A stretch of 64,000 nucleotides of DNA from an uncultured Actinomycetes bacterium (GTDB lineage Bacteria > Actinomycetota > Thermoleophilia > RBG-16-64-13). Within the stretch, counting starts at the first letter, position 1. Every line of letters starts with the position of its first letter. The position numbers and the translations under genes were made by a program. Location of the stretch: the NCBI GenBank assembly GCA_963841735.1, contig CAWJDT010000001.1:384001-448000 (forward strand), written 5' to 3'. The notes under the pieces were generated by a model, which worked only from the letters and a program-made list of their open reading frames with translations, was not told the DNA's origin and did not search any database. This document shows, one piece after another, positions 58,952-64,000 of the stretch.

Positions 58952-60151
58952 CTAGCCCTCCTTCCCGTCGGTCGGGGCGGGCGCGGTCGGCGCCGCTCCG
59001 GCGGGCGTCGCGCCGCTCGCACGCCGGCGCGCAGTCCGCCACGGTGCGCACCGGGTCGCCGCCGCGGTGTCCGTCGCACCCGGCGCCCCCATCACCCGCA
59101 CCACCTCGCGGATATCGATGCGCGTCGGGCAGTGCATGATGCAGCGACCGCAGCCCGAGCAGAGCAGGCTGTCGTATTTGTCGGGGTAGTACCAGAACTT
59201 GTGGCTGAAGCGGTTGCGGAACCGGTTCGACTTTGCCGCCCGCGGGTTGTGGCCCGAGGTCTCCTCGGTGTAGAGGGGATTGAAGCAGTTGTCCCACACC
59301 CGGTAGCGGTCGCCGGTGCTCTCCACCAGGGAGTCGTTGATGCTGAAGCAGTAGCAATTGGGACACACGTAGGTGCAGGTGCCGCAGGAGATGCAGCGCA
59401 TGCCCAGGTCGTGCCAGTTCTGGTGCGCGATGTTGTCGTGCAGGTTGTCGCGGATGCCGTCGAGCGCGAAGGGCACGTCCACCTTGGTGGTCGCCTTGAC
59501 CTTCACCTCGGCCGCCGCGGCGGTCTGAGCTTCGGTGGCGTCGGCGAGCACCGCAGATGCCGCCGCCAGCGCCGCCTCGCCCTTCTCGGTGAAAGCCTCC
59601 ACCGTGAAGCCGCCCTCCACCTGGGTGAAGAGCGCGTCCACGCCTTCGTGCCCGGCCGGACAGCCGCCGATGGCCGTGCAGAAGCACGTCGAGCGCGGGT
59701 CGCGGCAGGTGAGCGCCAGCAGCGTGGTCGCCTCCCGCCGGGCGTTGTACAGCGGGTCGAAGTAGAAGCCGCCGTAGCCGCCGAACACCTGGTCCATCTG
59801 CACAAAGCCGCGGGCGTCGCAGGGGCGCAGGCCGAAGATCACCTGGGCCGGGGCCTCGTTCAGGGCTTCCACCGCCACCGTCTCGTGGGGGATGGCCGCC
59901 TCGCCCTCGGCGCCCTCAGGATCCGGTGCCATCTCGTAGCCGAACTTCAGATAGGTCTCGGTCTGCAGGAACACGCACTCCTTGGGCGACTGCTTGGCCA
60001 GCAGCACGTCCAGCTCGACGTCCTTGCCCTCCGCCCAGGGCTGGAACTGCACCACGCCGTCGGTCTTGATGGGCGCCACCACGCGCGCCTCTTGCGCGAG
60101 AGCCTTCAGGAAGGCCGGCAGCTGCATCAGAGACAAGAATTTGATCGCCAT
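58952..60151 (-). CDS. flxB: 4Fe-4S subunit (FlxB/AsrA-like)
   Basis: RPCD, CFC, CISCGTCTYVCPNCYC, CSGCGRCIMHCP. Confidence 0.88.
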   Translation of the reverse strand: MAIKFLSLMQLPAFLKALAQEARVVAPIKTDGVVQFQPWAEGKDVELDVLLAKQSPKECVFLQTETYLKFGYEMAPDPEGAEGEAAIPHETVAVEALNEAPAQVIFGLRPCDARGFVQMDQVFGGYGGFYFDPLYNARREATTLLALTCRDPRSTCFCTAIGGCPAGHEGVDALFTQVEGGFTVEAFTEKGEAALAAASAVLADATEAQTAAAAEVKVKATTKVDVPFALDGIRDNLHDNIAHQNWHDLGMRCISCGTCTYVCPNCYCFSINDSLVESTGDRYRVWDNCFNPLYTEETSGHNPRAAKSNRFRNRFSHKFWYYPDKYDSLLCSGCGRCIMHCPTRIDIREVVRVMGAPGATDTAAATRCAPWRTARRRASGATPAGAAPTAPAPTDGKEG

Positions 60152-60162
60152 CGTCCCTCCTC

Positions 60163-61130
60163 TCAGTCGCCGAATTGGTCGGTCAGGTCGAACACCTGGA
60201 ACACCGGCTTCTCACCGAGCTTGGTGCCCGGTTCAAAGCCGAACATGTCGTAGATCTCCTTGTTCATCTTGCGGTGCAGCAGCGACAGCGGGATCTCCAC
60301 CGGACAGGCCCGGTCGCAGGCTCCGCACGACGGGCAACGGCCGGCCACGTGGAACATGTGCACCATCTGGAACAACAGGTTCTCCTTGGTGCCCACCTTC
60401 TGGCTCACCAGCTCCGGCTGACGCGAGCGGTTGACGCACTTGTCCCAGCACACGCACACCGGGCATACGTGGATGCAGGCGAAGCAGCGCACGCAGGTGG
60501 AGTAGACGCTCTCCAGCACCTGCTGCTTGGCGTCGTCGGAGAGGGTCTCGTAGACGGAAGATGTCGCTCCAGTCGGGCTTCGTGTGCTCGCGGTCGGGCT
60601 CGGGCACCAGCGGTCCGGCCACGTCGTCCGCGTAGATGGCGTTGGGGTAGCGGCAGGTACTGCACACATCGAGCAGCATCCCGTGTTTGGGAAAGTCTTT
60701 CGTCTCCCCTTGCCTGGTGGTGACGGTCACGGTGTCTCCGGAGCTGGAGATGTCCACCAGTTCGTCCGCGAACTGCTTCTCCAGCTTGCGCCGGTCGACG
60801 ATGCCGTCACAGGGCACTCCCACCACGTACAGCTTCGCCTTGTCTACCAGCTCCTCCTGGAGCAGCGCCACCAGGGTGCGGCTGTCGCATCCCTTGACGC
60901 AGAGGCCTATCTTGGCATCGACAGGGTCGGGCATGTTGCGTTTGATGAAGGTCACCAGGTTGTGGTGGCACAGATCGTTCCAAACAAGTTGCTCCACCTG
61001 GGCCGGGTCTTTCACAAACGCCGGGATGACCTCCGAAGCGTTGTGACCCTGTTTCCAACCGATGAAGTAGTCCACGCGGCCGTCGGTGAGCGCCTTGGCG
61101 GCGAACTCGCGGATGTGGTCTTCGTCTCAC
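60163..61130 (-). CDS. flxC: 4Fe-4S subunit (FlxC/FrhB-like; frameshifts)
   Basis: KGCDSR, GVPC.G, CVRCFACIHVCPVC, H.AGRCPSCGACDRACP. Confidence 0.8.
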
Positions 61131-61630
61131 AGGGCCCTCCCTTCACGAGGGCCGAGCTTCTCCACGCCGGCCACGAACTCGGTGACCACCTTCTGCCAGC
61201 GCTGGCCTTCGGAGGCCGAGACCCAGGTCCACTTGAAGCGCTCCTTGGGGATGCCCAGGTGGTGGATCATGCGCTCCAGCAGTTCGAACTTGCGCCGGGC
61301 GTAGTAGTTGCCTTCGGAGTAGTGGCAGTCACCGGGATGGCAGCCGCTGATGAGCACGCCGTCGGCGCCTTTCTCGAAGGCCTTGAGGGCGAACAGCGGG
61401 TCGATGCGTCCCGTGCAGGGCACCCGGACAAGGCGCAGGTTGGGCGGCTGCTTGAAACGGCCGACACCGGCGGTGTCGGCGCCGGCGTAGCTGCACCAGT
61501 TGCAGACGATGCCGATGATCTTGACCGGACGGTCGCCGGCCGCAGAGCGCCGGAGGCGCCGGGCGTCGCGGCCGCCTGGTGCGGCCCCCGAAGCGGCGCC
61601 GCTGGCTTGAGTTGTCGTTGTTTCAGCCAT
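61127..61630 (-). CDS. flxD: MvhD/FlxD 2Fe-2S subunit
   Basis: CNWCSYAGAD, PCTGRIDP, GCHPGDCHY..GN, WVSASEG. Confidence 0.9.
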   Translation of the reverse strand: MAETTTTQASGAASGAAPGGRDARRLRRSAAGDRPVKIIGIVCNWCSYAGADTAGVGRFKQPPNLRLVRVPCTGRIDPLFALKAFEKGADGVLISGCHPGDCHYSEGNYYARRKFELLERMIHHLGIPKERFKWTWVSASEGQRWQKVVTEFVAGVEKLGPREGRAL

Positions 61631-61632
61631 CT

Positions 61633-63614
61633 TCACCGCCTTCCTGTTGTTGATGGTTGGAGGACTTCTTCGATCTGGTCCAGGATGGCATCCGTGGGGA
61701 AGCCCTTCAGCGCGATGCAGTTGACCGGGCAGGTGGCCACGCAGACGCCGCAGCCCTGGCAGACCGTCTCGATCACGTGGCTCTTGAACTCGCCGTTGCG
61801 CTGCTCCTGCTTCTCGGGAGCGCTGAACGGGCAGACCTCGATGCACTTCCAGCACGACACACAGTTCTTCTGCTCGACTATGGCGATCATGGGGCTGGTC
61901 TTGAGCTTGTCGTGCGACAGCAGGCCGACGACCTTGGAAGCGGTGCCGCTCGCCTGGGCCACCGTGGCCGGGATGTCCTTGGGCGCCTGGCAGGCGCCGG
62001 CCAGGAAGACGCCGGCGGTATTGGTCTCCACGGGGCGCAGCTTGGGATGGCCCTCTTTGAGAAAGCCAAACTCGTCGTAGCTGATGTTGAGCTTCTGGGC
62101 CAGCTCTTTGGCGCCGGGAGCGGCCTGGATGCCGGTGGCCAGCACCACCAGGTCGGCGGCGATCTCCACCTGCTCGCCCAGCAGGGTGTCCGACCCGCGC
62201 ACCATGACCTTGCCGTCCTGCTCGTAGAGCTTGGAGACGCGGCCCCGCACGTACTTGACGCCATACTCCGTCTGCACGCGCTTGATGAACTCCTCGTAGC
62301 CCTTGCCGGTAGCGCGGATGTCGATGTAGAACACGTAGACCTCGGTGCCCATGCCCACATGGTCTTTGGTCAGCAGCGCCTGCTTGGCCGTATACATGCA
62401 GCACACGCTGGAGCAGTAGGGCCGGTTCACCGATTCGTCCCGGGAGCCCACGCACTGGATGAACACCACCGTCTTCGGGTCTTCGCCGTTGGAGAGACGG
62501 TGCACGTGGCCGCCGGAGGGGCCGGAGGCGTTCAGCATCCGCTCGTACTGCAGTCCGGAGATGACGTCCTTGATCTTGCCCGAGCCGTATTCGTGGTAGT
62601 GCTCTTCCCAGGGGAAGACGTCCAGGCCGGTGGCCACCACGATGGCGCCGAACTTCTTCTCGACTATCTCTTCCTTCTGGTCGTAGTCGATGGCGTCGGC
62701 GGGACAGACCTTCTCGCACACCCGGCACTTGCCCTGGGTGAACCAGCGGCAGTAGTCCACCTGGATGGCGGCCCGCTTGGGCACCGCCTGCGGGAAGGGG
62801 ATGTAGATGGCCTTGGTGGGCTCCAACCGGACGTTGAACGAGTCGGGAGCTTTCGCGGGACATTTTTGAACGCAGAGTTCGCATCCGATGCACTTGGTCC
62901 AGTCGACCATGGAGGCTTTCTTGCGGATATCCACGGTGAAGTTGCCCACATAGCCGGCGACTTTGTCGATCTCGCAGTAGGCCATGAGCGTGATGTTCTC
63001 GTGCTGGGCACAGTCGACCATGCGCGGAGTGAGGATGCAGGCCGAGCAGTCGATGGTGGGGAAGGTCTTGTCGAGCTTGGCCATGACCCCGCCGATGGTG
63101 GTCTCCTTCTCGACGATGGTGACCTTGAGGCCCGCGTCGGCCAGATCGAGCGCGGCCTGGATGCCCGCGACCCCGCCGCCGATGACCAGCACGTCTTTGT
63201 TGACCTCCACCTCGTTGGCCCAGAGAGGCTCGAGCTGGCGGGCCTTGGCGACGGACATCTTGATGATGTCCCAGGCCTTCTCGGTGCCCACCGGCTTGTC
63301 TGGGTGGATCCAGGAGCAGTGCTCGCGGATGTTGGCCATCTCGAACAGGTAGGGGTTGAGACCGCCCTTGTCGACGCAGCGCCGGAAGGTGACCTCGTGC
63401 ATGTGTGGCGAGCAGGCGGACACGACCACCCGGTCGAGCTTCTTGTCTTGGATGGCCTTCTGGATGGCGGCCTGCCCGGCTCGGAGCAGGTGTACAGATG
63501 TTCTCGGAGTGGACGACGTCCTTGAGGCTGAGGGCCCGCTTGGCTACCTCGGCCACGTCGACGGTGCCGGCGATATTGCGTGCCGCAGTGGCAGACGAAG
63601 ACTCCTATCCTCAT
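61633..63614 (-). CDS. hdrA: Heterodisulfide reductase subunit A (5' frameshifts)
   Basis: MRIGVFVCHCG, ANIREHCSW, DKTFPT.DCS.CI, QCVGSRD, YCS.VCC, H.KLRP. Confidence 0.93.
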
Positions 63615-64000
63615 GGCGCCACCTCCGCGTCCGTGCCGGGCGTGGCTCCGGAGCCACTGGCGCCGCTGGGGTCGGCGCCGCGGCCGCGCGGCGGCCTTGG
63701 CGGCCCGCGCCGCCTCCTTGGCGGCGCGCGCCGCCTCCTTGGCAGCCTTCTCCGCAGCCTTGCGCTCTTCCTCAGCCTTGACGACGGCCGCCTCGGCGAC
63801 CACCCGCTTGATCAGCGGCTCGGGGTCGACCACGTTCTTGTTCAGTTGCACGTCGGCGGCGCTGAGGCCCAAGGCCAGGCCCAGCACTTGCGACAGGTAG
63901 AAAATGGGCACCTTGTAGTCGGTGCCCAGGAAGCTGTTGATCTGCGCCTGCTTCAGATCGAGGTTGACGTGGCAGAGCGGGCAGCACACCACGATGGCCT
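63610..64000 (-). CDS. hdrB: Heterodisulfide reductase subunit B, C-terminal part
   Basis: CCPLCHVNLD..Q...P.FYLSQVLGLALG; 5' end beyond window. Confidence 0.8.

Noticed and set aside
60163-63614. Frameshifts in hdrA and flxC (also pfkB, oppC, methyltransferase) as programmed frameshifting or pseudogenisation
   Set aside because: Scattered single-base indels in otherwise well-conserved genes are more simply explained by long-read errors

Overview
High-GC bacterial window, probably from an anaerobe; an actinobacterial (Thermoleophilia/Coriobacteriia-like) origin is inferred from the lipoproteins, Mo-enzyme type and GC content. Core blocks: panD/deoC/pfkB, a two-subunit molybdopterin oxidoreductase, an Opp-type ABC + GH3 + ROK sugar locus and an hdr-flx operon at the right edge. 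Single-base frameshifts in housekeeping genes suggest long-read indel errors. Between these blocks lies heavily eroded accessory DNA. It contains at least three integron remnants (intI C-terminal relics at ~8.1, ~19.9 and ~57.9 kb, attI-like sites, several attC sites) with TA, sugar-dehydratase and nucleotidyltransferase cassettes. An intact IS1111-type (IS110 family) element has guide-like motifs in its non-coding end that match a conserved box just downstream of intI, which is where it inserted. A ~24 kb defence/TA hotspot (33.9-58 kb) is punctuated by a co-oriented ~70 bp non-attC repeat (10 copies in the window), whose inverted counterpart sits upstream of each intI relic. The hotspot also holds duplicated flxA 3' ends, a small MITE family, Sir2-HerA, a TIR protein, a deaminase-GHKL fusion and a secreted-peptide/ABC module.
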